Shown here: piece after piece, positions 37,992 through 47,743 of the stretch
How the letters are laid out: every line of letters starts with the position of its first letter
Position numbering within the stretch: the stretch's first letter is position 1
Assembly: GCA_964521585.1 (NCBI GenBank)
Contig: CAZFSC010000004.1
Coordinates: 1,397 to 65,396, forward strand
Direction of reading: 5' to 3'
DNA from: an uncultured Limnohabitans sp.
Lineage (GTDB): Bacteria > Bacteroidota > Bacteroidia > Cytophagales > Cyclobacteriaceae
DNA length: 64,000 nucleotides
Made by a program: the position numbers and the translations under genes
The notes under the pieces: model-generated
Databases searched by the model: none
Seen by the model: the letters and a program-made list of their open reading frames with translations, nothing else
Told to the model about the DNA's origin: nothing

Positions 37992-38594
37992 TTATAGCTC
38001 CAATTGGAATGGATCGGCTAAAAGGCGGAAACTTTTGCGATGCCAGATGCAATCTCCATATTTTTCAATCCCCAAGCGATGTGCTTTGGTGGGATATCCC
38101 GCATTCCGCTCCCAAGAGTAATGAGGAAATTCTTCAGCTAAACGCTCCATCAAATTATCCCGAAATACTTTCGCCAAGATTGAAGCGGCAGCGATGTTTG
38201 CAAATTTTTCGTCTCCTTTGATGATGCAGGAAAACGGGATTTTCAACGTACTTCGAAATCTATTACCATCAATCAACAAGTACTCAGGTTTGATTCTGAG
38301 CCCTTCCACAGCCCGGGTCATAGCCAAGAAGGAGGCATTAAGAATATTGATTTGATCGATTTCGGCTACTGAAGCTTCTGCAATCTGCCAGGAAATAGCC
38401 ATTTCCTTGATTTCAATACTTAGATCCTCCCGCTGTTTCTTTTCAAGTTTTTTGGAATCATTGATCCAATGATTGGAATAGTCTTGAGGGAGGATGACTG
38501 CAGCGGCTACCACCGGACCGGCCAGGCAGCCTCTACCCACTTCATCACATCCTGCTTCGAGGCGATTAGCTTCTAAATAAGGTGGTAGTGGCAT
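37992..38594 (-). CDS. rnhB: Ribonuclease HII
   Basis: GCDEVGRGCLAGPV, DSKKL, IDGN and AAASILAKV.RD. Confidence 0.96.
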   Translation of the reverse strand: MPLPPYLEANRLEAGCDEVGRGCLAGPVVAAAVILPQDYSNHWINDSKKLEKKQREDLSIEIKEMAISWQIAEASVAEIDQINILNASFLAMTRAVEGLRIKPEYLLIDGNRFRSTLKIPFSCIIKGDEKFANIAAASILAKVFRDNLMERLAEEFPHYSWERNAGYPTKAHRLGIEKYGDCIWHRKSFRLLADPFQLEL

Positions 38595-41238
38595 TTGACA
38601 GTTTTTCGCTTTCCTTGTAATATTTATGAATCATCTCTGAAACCAAACCAGTCCAACCGGTCTGATGTGATGCTCCCAGACCTTTGCCTGATTCTCCATG
38701 AAAATACTCGTAAAAAAGAATGTAATCTTTGAAATGTGGATCTTTTTGAAATTTTTCATTGGTCCCAAAGACTGGACGGATACCCTCCTCATTTCGCATA
38801 AATATACTCATGCATCGCATGGAGAGTTCTTTTGCGATCAAATCCATGGTGAGGTAATTGCCAGAGCCGGTAGGATATTCGATGGAAAAGTCCCCGCCGT
38901 AATAGAAATCGAACTTTTTCAACGATTCGATGATCAAGTAATTGATCGGAAACCAAATAGGCCCTCTCCAATTGGAATTGCCTCCGAACATCTGGGTGTC
39001 TGACTCTCCGGGTGTATATCTGATTGATAGAATATCCCCGTTGATCTTCATGGCATATGGATGCTTGTGATGGTATTTGGATAGTGATCGAATTCCAAAT
39101 TCACTTAGAAACTCATCAGAATTCAGCATTTTTTGCAAAACTGACTTCATCCGATGTCCTCTCAAAAGTGAGAAAAGTCTCCGCTTATGATATCCCGGCT
39201 GAATCCAGCTGGATACCAAGGCGGCAAGTTTGGGTTTCTCCCGCATGAAGAAATCCAGTCGTTTTTTGAATTCTGGCAACTTGTCGAATAATTCCTCCCG
39301 AACAGGCTCTACTGCAAAGAGCGGTATCAGGCCAACTATCGAGCGAACTTTCATTTTATGGGGTTCTTTGCCTTCAAGATGAAATACATCATAGAAGAAA
39401 TTGTCCTCATCATCCCAGAGAGAAATTGCTTCCTTGGAAATGTTATTCATCGCTCCCGCGATGTAAAGGAAGTGCTCCAGAAATTTAGTTGCCGTGAACT
39501 GATAAACCGTATTGAATTCGCAGAGATCTAAGGAGATCCGAAGCATATTCAAACAGAACATTGCCATCCAGGAAGTGGCATCTGCCTGCTCCAGTTTTCC
39601 TTTGTAATGCTGCGCATGGCTTCGGTCGAAAAGAGAAATATTGTCCAATCCAAGAAATCCTCCTTCGAAAATATTCTGTCCATCCGAATCTTTTTGATTG
39701 ACCCACCAGGTAAAATTGAGCATGAGCTTGTGAAGCGCACGCTCCAAAAATTCCTGATCGCCAACGCCGTTGTTTGCCTTTTTATCAATTTGATAGACTC
39801 GCTGCACCGCATAGGCATGGACAGGAGGATTGACATCGGAGAAGTTCCATTCGTATGCAGGAATCTGCCCGTTTGGATGCATGTACCATTCGTTAAGCAA
39901 GGTAAGCAACTGATTTTTGGCAAATTCAGGATCTAATCTTGCGAGAGGAATACAATGAAAAGCCAGATCCCATGCCGCATACCAAGGATATTCCCACTTA
40001 TCAGGCATCGAGATGATATCGTAATTCTGGAGATGCTTCCAGTTGGAGTTTCTTCCTTTTTTACGGGAGATAGGTGGGACATACCTTCCAGGGTCCCCTT
40101 CCAGCCAGCGCTCCACATCGTAATAATAAAACTGCTTAGACCATAGCATGCCTGACCAGGCTTGCCGCTGGATTTTTTTGAGATCCGGGTCAGTGACTCG
40201 ATCTTGAAGTGTTTCGTAAAATTCGTCTGCTTCCGTTAATCGGCTTTGGATGCATTCGTCACAGATGTCCAAAGGATTGTCTTCAATTTGATGCTGAAGG
40301 CGGAGTTTGATCTGATGACTTTCCCCGGCGGGGATGGTGATTTTATAGATTGCAGCGGCTTTGGTACCATAATCATCCGGATTGACCCGACTCGAATCTC
40401 CTGTTACCACATAATCATTAATTCCATCTTTGGGGTACTTTCGCTCATTCTTGATGCCATACAAGCGCTCCCGATTGGTCTCATTGTCACAGAATTTAAG
40501 TTCTGGATTGCCGTCAAAGGAGATGGAGTAATTACCCGATTTGGGGTTGAAAGCTTTGATCGAATTATCAGTTCGCTTGCTGAGTTTGGGCATGAATGGC
40601 TCATGACCGGTATACCAGGTTTTTCGAAACCACAACGTAGGCATGACCCAAATAGTAGCTTCTTCCGGACCACGGTTGTGAATCGTAGCTACAGCAACAA
40701 TGTCTTCTATATCCTGCTTTGCGTATTCGATGAATATATCAAAATACCGATCTTCATCGAATATGCCCGTGTCGATAAGTTCGTACTCAGGCATGCTTTT
40801 GTCTCTTCGGAGATTTTCCTGGAGCAAGTTTTTATAGGGATATTCCGACTGAGGATACTTGTAAAGCATCTTCATATAGCTATGTGTCGGGGTAGAATCT
40901 AAGTAATAGTAGATCTCTTTGACATCTTCACCGTGATTTCCCTGATTACCGGTCAGACCAAAAAGCCGCTCTTTAATGAAAGGGTCTTTTCCGTTCCAGA
41001 ATGCCCATGCCATACAGAGCTTTTGTTTGTGATCAGAAATACCTGCAATTCCCTCTTCTCCCCAGCGATAGGCTTTACTACGTGCATCATCGTGGGTGAC
41101 ATTTTCCCAGGCAGAACCATCGGCGCTATAATCCTCCCTTACAGTGCCCCACTGACGCTCGGTCAGGTAGGGTCCCCATTTCTTCCAGTGTTTTACCCAG
41201 GTTCTATCTTCCTGGAGTCGTATATGTTCGGCTGACAT
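38566..41238 (-). CDS. GH63/MGH1-like glycoside hydrolase (glucosidase)
   Basis: WGPYL.ERQWGTVREDYS, MPDKWEYPWYAAWDLAFH, GFLGLDN, NWRGPIW and GLGASHQTGWT. Confidence 0.9.
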   Translation of the reverse strand: MSAEHIRLQEDRTWVKHWKKWGPYLTERQWGTVREDYSADGSAWENVTHDDARSKAYRWGEEGIAGISDHKQKLCMAWAFWNGKDPFIKERLFGLTGNQGNHGEDVKEIYYYLDSTPTHSYMKMLYKYPQSEYPYKNLLQENLRRDKSMPEYELIDTGIFDEDRYFDIFIEYAKQDIEDIVAVATIHNRGPEEATIWVMPTLWFRKTWYTGHEPFMPKLSKRTDNSIKAFNPKSGNYSISFDGNPELKFCDNETNRERLYGIKNERKYPKDGINDYVVTGDSSRVNPDDYGTKAAAIYKITIPAGESHQIKLRLQHQIEDNPLDICDECIQSRLTEADEFYETLQDRVTDPDLKKIQRQAWSGMLWSKQFYYYDVERWLEGDPGRYVPPISRKKGRNSNWKHLQNYDIISMPDKWEYPWYAAWDLAFHCIPLARLDPEFAKNQLLTLLNEWYMHPNGQIPAYEWNFSDVNPPVHAYAVQRVYQIDKKANNGVGDQEFLERALHKLMLNFTWWVNQKDSDGQNIFEGGFLGLDNISLFDRSHAQHYKGKLEQADATSWMAMFCLNMLRISLDLCEFNTVYQFTATKFLEHFLYIAGAMNNISKEAISLWDDEDNFFYDVFHLEGKEPHKMKVRSIVGLIPLFAVEPVREELFDKLPEFKKRLDFFMREKPKLAALVSSWIQPGYHKRRLFSLLRGHRMKSVLQKMLNSDEFLSEFGIRSLSKYHHKHPYAMKINGDILSIRYTPGESDTQMFGGNSNWRGPIWFPINYLIIESLKKFDFYYGGDFSIEYPTGSGNYLTMDLIAKELSMRCMSIFMRNEEGIRPVFGTNEKFQKDPHFKDYILFYEYFHGESGKGLGASHQTGWTGLVSEMIHKYYKESEKLSNATTTLFRS

Positions 41239-41393
41239 TTGGTTTTCTAGGTCTTGAGCAAAGTCCGAAATTAGGACTTCTGTTTACTAACTCACAAAGA
41301 TGGGATTTGAGTTTTAGAATTGAGGACTATTTTTGGGATTTGTCCGAAAACAATCCTAACCAAAAAAATCTGAGTTAGTAGGAGTTGGTTAGC

Positions 41394-42527
41394 CTAAATT
41401 CTTCGACTAATCACAAATTCATTCAAATCTGACTTGTATCTGACTGAATTTGGATCAGGAAATTCCATGAGATTTTTAAAAATTTTCTGCCAATTCGATT
41501 CCCATACTTGAAATTCAGTATCGACCATTTGCAAGCTGCCAATCCACTGATCAAATTTTCCGAAATCAAAATGACTGGCTGGGATCACTGTGCCGGATGT
41601 TTCTGCGTCCAGTGCATTGCAGGCTTGTTCGTACTGGCCGGCAACGGGAATCACCATGACGGGCTTGCCCAGATACATGGCTTCACAAATCGATTCAAAT
41701 CCAGCTGTGCATACAAGTCCCTTACATGCAGCCATATCCCGAAGGAAGTTTTGGTCATGGACCTGATGAAAACTGAGGTTTGGAAGCGGATGCTCTAGCT
41801 CTTGGGCCCCTTTTTTGTCCCAATAGGCTCGAATTCTTAAGTCCGGATTTGCTTTGGCAAATGAGAGTACCTCAGCTCCATAGCCGCTATTGACCATGTA
41901 GGTCAGGAAAAAATCACCTGAAGTCGGGCAAAGCTTTTTTACTTCCTCCCGCAGGAGTGGAGGTACGACGGTTATTTTGTGCGTGGATTCCAATTGATAA
42001 AATGAAAGTGCCAATCTTTCGGTTGCACCTAAAGCAGTCAATTGGGTATTGAGTTTGAAACAAAACTTGTTTAAGCCTTTGGAGGGAGCAAATTTAAAGT
42101 TGGGGTGATCTATCAAATACTGATGTCCGATGACCCAATACTGAACCTGAGGTCGAAAAATCCCATTGTAAATCCCGCCCAATAAGTCGTAAAAGTTTAG
42201 GATAATATCTGGTTTCCCCGCTTTTACAATTTGATTGATCTTTATCAGGCTTCGCCAATAAGTTTTGGCTTTAGTCAGATTTTGGCGAATGGTCTTTCCT
42301 ATCAGAATCTTCTTTTCATTTTTATCCGATGCAAAGTTGGGACTTTCTACCAGGTGGAGGGGTGCAGTCAGTTCTCTTGAAAAAAAACCAGGAATTGTTC
42401 TACGCTTGCTTTTCCCTAAAATAACGCCGACCAGTTCATGTCCTTGCTTTTCCAGCATTTTAGAGAATGCAATTGCCTGAGTCATGTGACCACGCCCTTC
42501 TCCCTGAACGATGAATAAAAATCGCAT
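41394..42527 (-). CDS. GT-B glycosyltransferase (MJ1255/VC2487-like, GT28 C-terminal fold)
   Basis: VQGEGRGHMTQA and CTAGFESICEAMYLGKP....P..GQYEQACNA. Confidence 0.88.
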   Translation of the reverse strand: MRFLFIVQGEGRGHMTQAIAFSKMLEKQGHELVGVILGKSKRRTIPGFFSRELTAPLHLVESPNFASDKNEKKILIGKTIRQNLTKAKTYWRSLIKINQIVKAGKPDIILNFYDLLGGIYNGIFRPQVQYWVIGHQYLIDHPNFKFAPSKGLNKFCFKLNTQLTALGATERLALSFYQLESTHKITVVPPLLREEVKKLCPTSGDFFLTYMVNSGYGAEVLSFAKANPDLRIRAYWDKKGAQELEHPLPNLSFHQVHDQNFLRDMAACKGLVCTAGFESICEAMYLGKPVMVIPVAGQYEQACNALDAETSGTVIPASHFDFGKFDQWIGSLQMVDTEFQVWESNWQKIFKNLMEFPDPNSVRYKSDLNEFVISRRI

Positions 42528-42529
42528 TG

Positions 42530-43395
42530 TTATCGGATAAAAGGTGGGTCCAAATCGTCTTTTCGCGCCTCAAAGGAGACTTCCCTTAAGGGGTGATCAT
42601 GAGGAGGAATTATCCCTTGAAAATAGGATTCGATTTTTGGTCCGGTGTTTTGCTTGAAATCCACCTCATTGTAATAAATCAATTGCCAGTTGCCATCATG
42701 GTCTTCCGATAATGCGCTCAGACTTTCAACCCAGTCACCGGAATTCAGATATTCTACTCCATCGATGAGCCGTTTCTCTGCTTTATGGATATGTCCGCAG
42801 ATGATACCGTCACAATTCTTTGAGCGGGCCATCTTTGCCAATTCGGTCTCATATTGATCAATATAGGATACAGCAGATTTGACTTTGTTTTTGACATACT
42901 GCGAAAGTGAAAAGTATGGCAATCCACGTCGGTATCGGTAATGATTTAGAACCCGATTGAGCCAAAGCAGGAAGGTATATCCCATATCACCCAAGTATGC
43001 GATCCAACGAAGGTTGCTGGTGATGCTGTCGAAGATATCTCCATGAGTCACAAAATACTTTTGCCGTTGCTTTCATAGATCATATCTGTCTGGATGGATA
43101 AATTCCCAATCTGAAGCGGCAGGATCTGATCCAGAAAATCATCATGGTTCCCCCGCAGGTAATAGACTTTAGTATTTGTCTGTTCGATCATTTTCAGAAT
43201 CCGGTTAAAGAAGCGGGTATGCTTCCTTTTCCAGGAGCCTGATTTTTTAAGCTGCCAACCATCAATGATATCTCCGTTGAGGATGAGATTTTCGCAGGTA
43301 AACTGTTTTAGAAAACGGGCGACTTCTTTGGCCTTTGACCCTTTTGTTCCCAAATGTACGTCAGAGATGACGATGGTTTTGTAGTGGGTTTTCAC
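42530..43395 (-). pseudogene. Metallophosphoesterase (PlcP/LpxH-like) split by a single-base frameshift
   Basis: The N-half (ISDVHLG, GDIIDGW, GNHD; 43048-43395) and C-half (HGDIFD, GHIH, NSGDWVES; 42530-43051) join into one ORF if one A is added to the minus-strand A4 run at 43059-43062 (GGC AAA AAG TAT TTT GTG = GKKYFV). Confidence 0.8.
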
Positions 43396-43705
43396 AGTAT
43401 TGGTTTTGATCTAAATGTAGTATCCCAATGTGAATCCAGTATGTTTAGGTTGTTATCAAATCGCTACATTTTCCAAATTTTATTTGGGCAAAATGATGTG
43501 TTTATTAATTGAAGATTAAAATCACTGTTCTTAAAATAAATCCGCTGAAGTCCATTTGTAACCACATTTTTATATTAATGGTCAAAAAAATAGAATTTCA
43601 TGGCATAGATTCGAACCTTGATAAAATCTCGCATAATGAAAGAGTCTCATGAACCTAAAATTATGAACCATTTGAGATGACCACATTAAAACAAACTTTA
43701 AACAG

Positions 43706-46189
43706 ATGAAAAGATTATTTGTCATTGGGCTCCTCCTCCTTATTGCTCAGGGAAGTATTGCTCAGGAAAAAATCTATCGAGGAAACTATGAATTGGCTGC
43801 CAGGTATTCTCCCGACCAATTGAAGAAAATGGTTTTCTCGACTAGTGTCAATCCCCATTGGCTGAAAAACTCAGATCGCTTTTGGTATGAATATGAAACC
43901 AGCGATGGGAAAAACTGGTATCTGGTGGATCCAGTCAGAAAAACTAAAACGAAGCTTTTTGATCCGGCAAAGCTGGCAATGGAGCTGACCAAAATCACCA
44001 AAGATCCTTATGACGGACAGCATTTAAAGATCGAAGACGTGAAATTTCTGGAAGATGAAAATGCGATTCGATTTAAGGTGGAAGGCACGGAAAAAGTGTT
44101 GAAAAAAGACTGGCAAGAGATCAAGTCAAAAAACAAATCTGCAAAGGACTCCATGGAGAACAAGCAATTTGTTTTCAAATTTTTCATTGCCAATCAGACC
44201 CTCACCGAACTGCTGGATGTAGAAAAAGACCCAAAAAGAATGTCCTGGGCTGATATTTCTCCCGACTCCTCCAAAGTAGTTTTTGCAAAACAGCATAACC
44301 TGTATTGGATGGATAAGGAAAATTTCCTGAAAGCCGTTAAAGATGAAAAAGATTCGACGATCGTAGAGTACCAACTTACGAAAGATGGGGAGAAGGATTA
44401 TGAGTACGGCTTTGGTGGAAGAGGAGAGGACAATATAGAAGAGGAAAAGAATAAAGATAAGCGCAAGCGGGCCGGGGTACTATGGAGCGAGGATTCAAAG
44501 CAGTTTATTTTGACCCGAACCGATTCAAGAGCGGTGAAAGATCTTTGGGTCATTCACAATACCAGAAATCCGCGTCCTACGCTGGAGACTTATAAATATG
44601 CAATGCCAGGGGAGAAAGAGCAGCCGCAAACGGAGCTGATTCATTATTCTTTTGAAGCCGAAAAACTCAGTAATCTTCCAATCTCCACATTTAAAGACCA
44701 GACCCTTAGTCTGTGGTCCACTTCTCTGAAGCCACATGAGCGGGATAACGATTTTCGTCCAATTACCTGGCTAGGAGATCTGAATGGATTCTATTTTGCA
44801 ATCACCTCCAGAGATCTAAAAAAGGTGGATGTCTACCGTTGGAATCTTAACAAAAACGAACGGGAATTATTAATTGCGGAGCGAAGCAATACCTATATCG
44901 ACTTCGAAAAACTTGAATTGGTAAACGGAGGAAAAGAGTTGATCTGGTGGTCTGAGCGAGATGGATGGGGCCATTTTTACCTGTATACTGCTGATGGTTC
45001 CTTAAAAAGACAATTAACATCAGGAGCTTTCCATGTGGCCGGAGCCGCCCGAGTGGATGATAAAAACAGGAAATTATTCTTTGTTGCCAATGGTAGAGAG
45101 GCTGGGGAAGACCCTTACTACGAGCATTTATACAGCGTTGGATTGGACGGTGGAGCGATCACCCTGCTCAATAAAGGTGACTTCACGCATGATGTCGATG
45201 TGAATACCAGCGGGAATTTCTTTGTGGATAATTTTTCCAGAGTCAATACCACTCCGGTTTCAGTATTGATGGACCGCAACGGTGCTAAAATCATGGATCT
45301 GGAGACAGCCGATCTGTCCCAACTATTTGCGACAGGCTATCAGTTTCCCGAGCCGTTCAAATTCAAAGCGGATGATGGAATCACGGATTTGTATGGTGTG
45401 ATGTACAAGCCTTTTGATTTTGATTCTACACGTAAATATCCAATTATCGAGTACGTCTATCCAGGTCCTCAGACTGAGGCTGTGGACAAAGCTTGGAGTA
45501 GAAATATGACAAGGACCGATCGATTAGCTCAATTTGGATTTGTAGTTGTCACACTGGGTAACCGTGGCGGACATCCTGCCCGATCCAAGTGGTATCACAA
45601 TTATGGCTATGGTGACTTGCGCGATTATGGATTAGCGGATAAAAAGGCAGCAGTGGAGCAGTTGGCTGACCGACATAAGTTTATCGATAGATCCAAAGTC
45701 GGGATTCACGGGCATTCAGGAGGCGGATTCATGTCAACTGCAGCAATGCTGGTTTATCCGGATTTCTTTAAGGTGGCAGTTTCCAGCGCCGGAAATCATG
45801 AAAACAATATCTACAACCGCTGGTGGTCTGAGAAGCATCATGGCGTAGAAGAGCGGATCTCACCTAAAGGAGATACCACATTTGTTTATCAAATCGAGAA
45901 AAATCCAGATTTGGCTAAAAACCTGAAGGGACACTTGATGCTCTCCACCGGAGATGTAGACAATAACGTACACCCGGCTGGCACAATCAGAATGGCTAAC
46001 GCCCTGATCAAAGCAGGCAAACGGTTTGAATTTGTAATCCTACCGGGTCAACGGCATGGCTACGGAGATATGACAGAATATTTCTTCTGGAAGATGGGAG
46101 ATTATTTCGTACGTCATCTTTTGGGAGACAATGGTGCCCCTCCTGTGGATATGATGGAGCTACAGCGGGAAAAGCCCCTCACCAATTGA
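43706..46189 (+). CDS. S9 family peptidase (dipeptidyl peptidase IV-like)
   Basis: Signal peptide, DPPIV beta-propeller (WSERDGW.H.Y), nucleophile GHSGGG, D.NVH and RHG. Confidence 0.93.
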   Translation: MKRLFVIGLLLLIAQGSIAQEKIYRGNYELAARYSPDQLKKMVFSTSVNPHWLKNSDRFWYEYETSDGKNWYLVDPVRKTKTKLFDPAKLAMELTKITKDPYDGQHLKIEDVKFLEDENAIRFKVEGTEKVLKKDWQEIKSKNKSAKDSMENKQFVFKFFIANQTLTELLDVEKDPKRMSWADISPDSSKVVFAKQHNLYWMDKENFLKAVKDEKDSTIVEYQLTKDGEKDYEYGFGGRGEDNIEEEKNKDKRKRAGVLWSEDSKQFILTRTDSRAVKDLWVIHNTRNPRPTLETYKYAMPGEKEQPQTELIHYSFEAEKLSNLPISTFKDQTLSLWSTSLKPHERDNDFRPITWLGDLNGFYFAITSRDLKKVDVYRWNLNKNERELLIAERSNTYIDFEKLELVNGGKELIWWSERDGWGHFYLYTADGSLKRQLTSGAFHVAGAARVDDKNRKLFFVANGREAGEDPYYEHLYSVGLDGGAITLLNKGDFTHDVDVNTSGNFFVDNFSRVNTTPVSVLMDRNGAKIMDLETADLSQLFATGYQFPEPFKFKADDGITDLYGVMYKPFDFDSTRKYPIIEYVYPGPQTEAVDKAWSRNMTRTDRLAQFGFVVVTLGNRGGHPARSKWYHNYGYGDLRDYGLADKKAAVEQLADRHKFIDRSKVGIHGHSGGGFMSTAAMLVYPDFFKVAVSSAGNHENNIYNRWWSEKHHGVEERISPKGDTTFVYQIEKNPDLAKNLKGHLMLSTGDVDNNVHPAGTIRMANALIKAGKRFEFVILPGQRHGYGDMTEYFFWKMGDYFVRHLLGDNGAPPVDMMELQREKPLTN

Positions 46190-46217
46190 CTATTCAAACT
46201 TTAAGTAAAATTCTAGG

Positions 46218-46248
46218 AAGCCCGGTTATAAATGACCGGGCTTTTTTT
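46218..46248 (+). terminator. Intrinsic terminator
   Basis: aagcccggt/accgggctt stem followed by T7. Confidence 0.85.
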
Positions 46249-46609
46249 ATTTGGGAGAATCAGATGAGATGTCAGAATTTGAAATTTTTATTTTCGTTTG
46301 GTAGCGAATTTTAGCCTCGTCAAATCTCATTAGAAATGAAAGTCGCATTTAGGATTGTACCTCTAGCTATCCCAACTGCTTACTGTATTTCTAAAGTTTT
46401 ATTAAATAACCGAAAGCCTATAAGTCTTTGTGTTTTAATCGGTAAGGCGAATTATATATGTCAATTATATCTTTTGGGAAAAGGATTTGCTTAACATTTT
46501 CATTTTTAGCGTGTTAAATTTCAAGTAGTAAAAACTCTGAAATGGAAAAATAGGGATTTAGTTCTTGAAATAGCGTTTTAAGAAAACGGATTTTGGGACT
46601 CATAAAAGG

Positions 46610-47743
46610 ATGAAAGAAAAAAACAAAAGAAAGTTATGGATTTTAGTAGGAGCTGTGGTTTTTGCAGCTGCGCTTTATGGAGGTTGGTATTTTTTATATG
46701 GCAAACCAGCTGAAGCAAACCAGGAAGAAGAAAGCATAGCGGTACCTGTCGAAGTGCTGGAGGTTCAAAATGGTCCGGTTCAAACCTTCCTTCAGCTTAC
46801 AGGCAGACTGCAGCCATTGGACCGGATCGACATTTATAGTGAAGTTTCTGGTATCATGGAAGATGCTGGCAAACCTTTCAAAACAGGTATTTTTTATAAA
46901 AAAGGGGAATTGCTGATACAAATCAATAATGATGAAGCTCAACAAAATCTCCTAGCTCAGCGATCAGGATTTATCAGTTTACTCGCCAATACAGTAGCCG
47001 ACCTGAAAGTAGACTTTCCGGATATTTATGATTCCTGGGCTAATTATCTCGCTTCCATAAAACCAGATCAACCGTTGAAAGAACTTCCGGAAGTTCAAAA
47101 TCGACGTCAAAAGCTTTTTCTGACAGGCCGAAATCTCTATGGACAATACCATATGATAAAGCAAATGGAAGAGCGACTGACGAAATATAGAATTTATGCA
47201 CCTTTTTCTGGAACGCTCACTGAAACAATGATCGATCGTGGAGCTCTGGTGATGCAAGGACAGCCTTTGGGAGAGTTTGTAAGGACAGATTTGTATGAAT
47301 TAGTGGCTGCAGTGAATTTGGAGGACAGGCCCTTGATTGAGATTGGGGATCAGGTGCAACTCCGAACGGTAAATACCGACTCGGTATTTACTGGAACCAT
47401 CGATCGGATCAATGAAAAAGTAGATCCGCAATTGCAGTCAATAGAAGTTTTTATACGGGTGTCTGGAAAAAGCCTGACCACCGGAATGTATTTGGAGGGG
47501 CAAGTTGTCTCTCATGAATTTGAACAGGCTTTGAGAATTCCCCGGAATATTTTACTGCAGGATCAGCGGGTTTTCATAGTTCAAGACAGTACCGCTAAAA
47601 TCCAAAAAATAGAATTGCTTCACAGCACAGCTGATGAGGCAGTGATCCGTGGATTAAAAGAGGGAACATATCTGATTCTAGAGCAACGAAACGAGGCATT
47701 TGAGGGATCAAGAGTCTCACCTGTAAAAGAGGATAAGGTATGA
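46610..47743 (+). CDS. RND efflux periplasmic adaptor subunit
   Basis: N-terminal TM, lipoyl half-motifs (SEVSG; IYAPFSG), operon context. Confidence 0.9.
   Translation: MKEKNKRKLWILVGAVVFAAALYGGWYFLYGKPAEANQEEESIAVPVEVLEVQNGPVQTFLQLTGRLQPLDRIDIYSEVSGIMEDAGKPFKTGIFYKKGELLIQINNDEAQQNLLAQRSGFISLLANTVADLKVDFPDIYDSWANYLASIKPDQPLKELPEVQNRRQKLFLTGRNLYGQYHMIKQMEERLTKYRIYAPFSGTLTETMIDRGALVMQGQPLGEFVRTDLYELVAAVNLEDRPLIEIGDQVQLRTVNTDSVFTGTIDRINEKVDPQLQSIEVFIRVSGKSLTTGMYLEGQVVSHEFEQALRIPRNILLQDQRVFIVQDSTAKIQKIELLHSTADEAVIRGLKEGTYLILEQRNEAFEGSRVSPVKEDKV

Noticed and set aside
40246-40902. 218-aa plus-strand ORF
   Set aside because: Antisense shadow of the GH63 gene with no recognisable motif.
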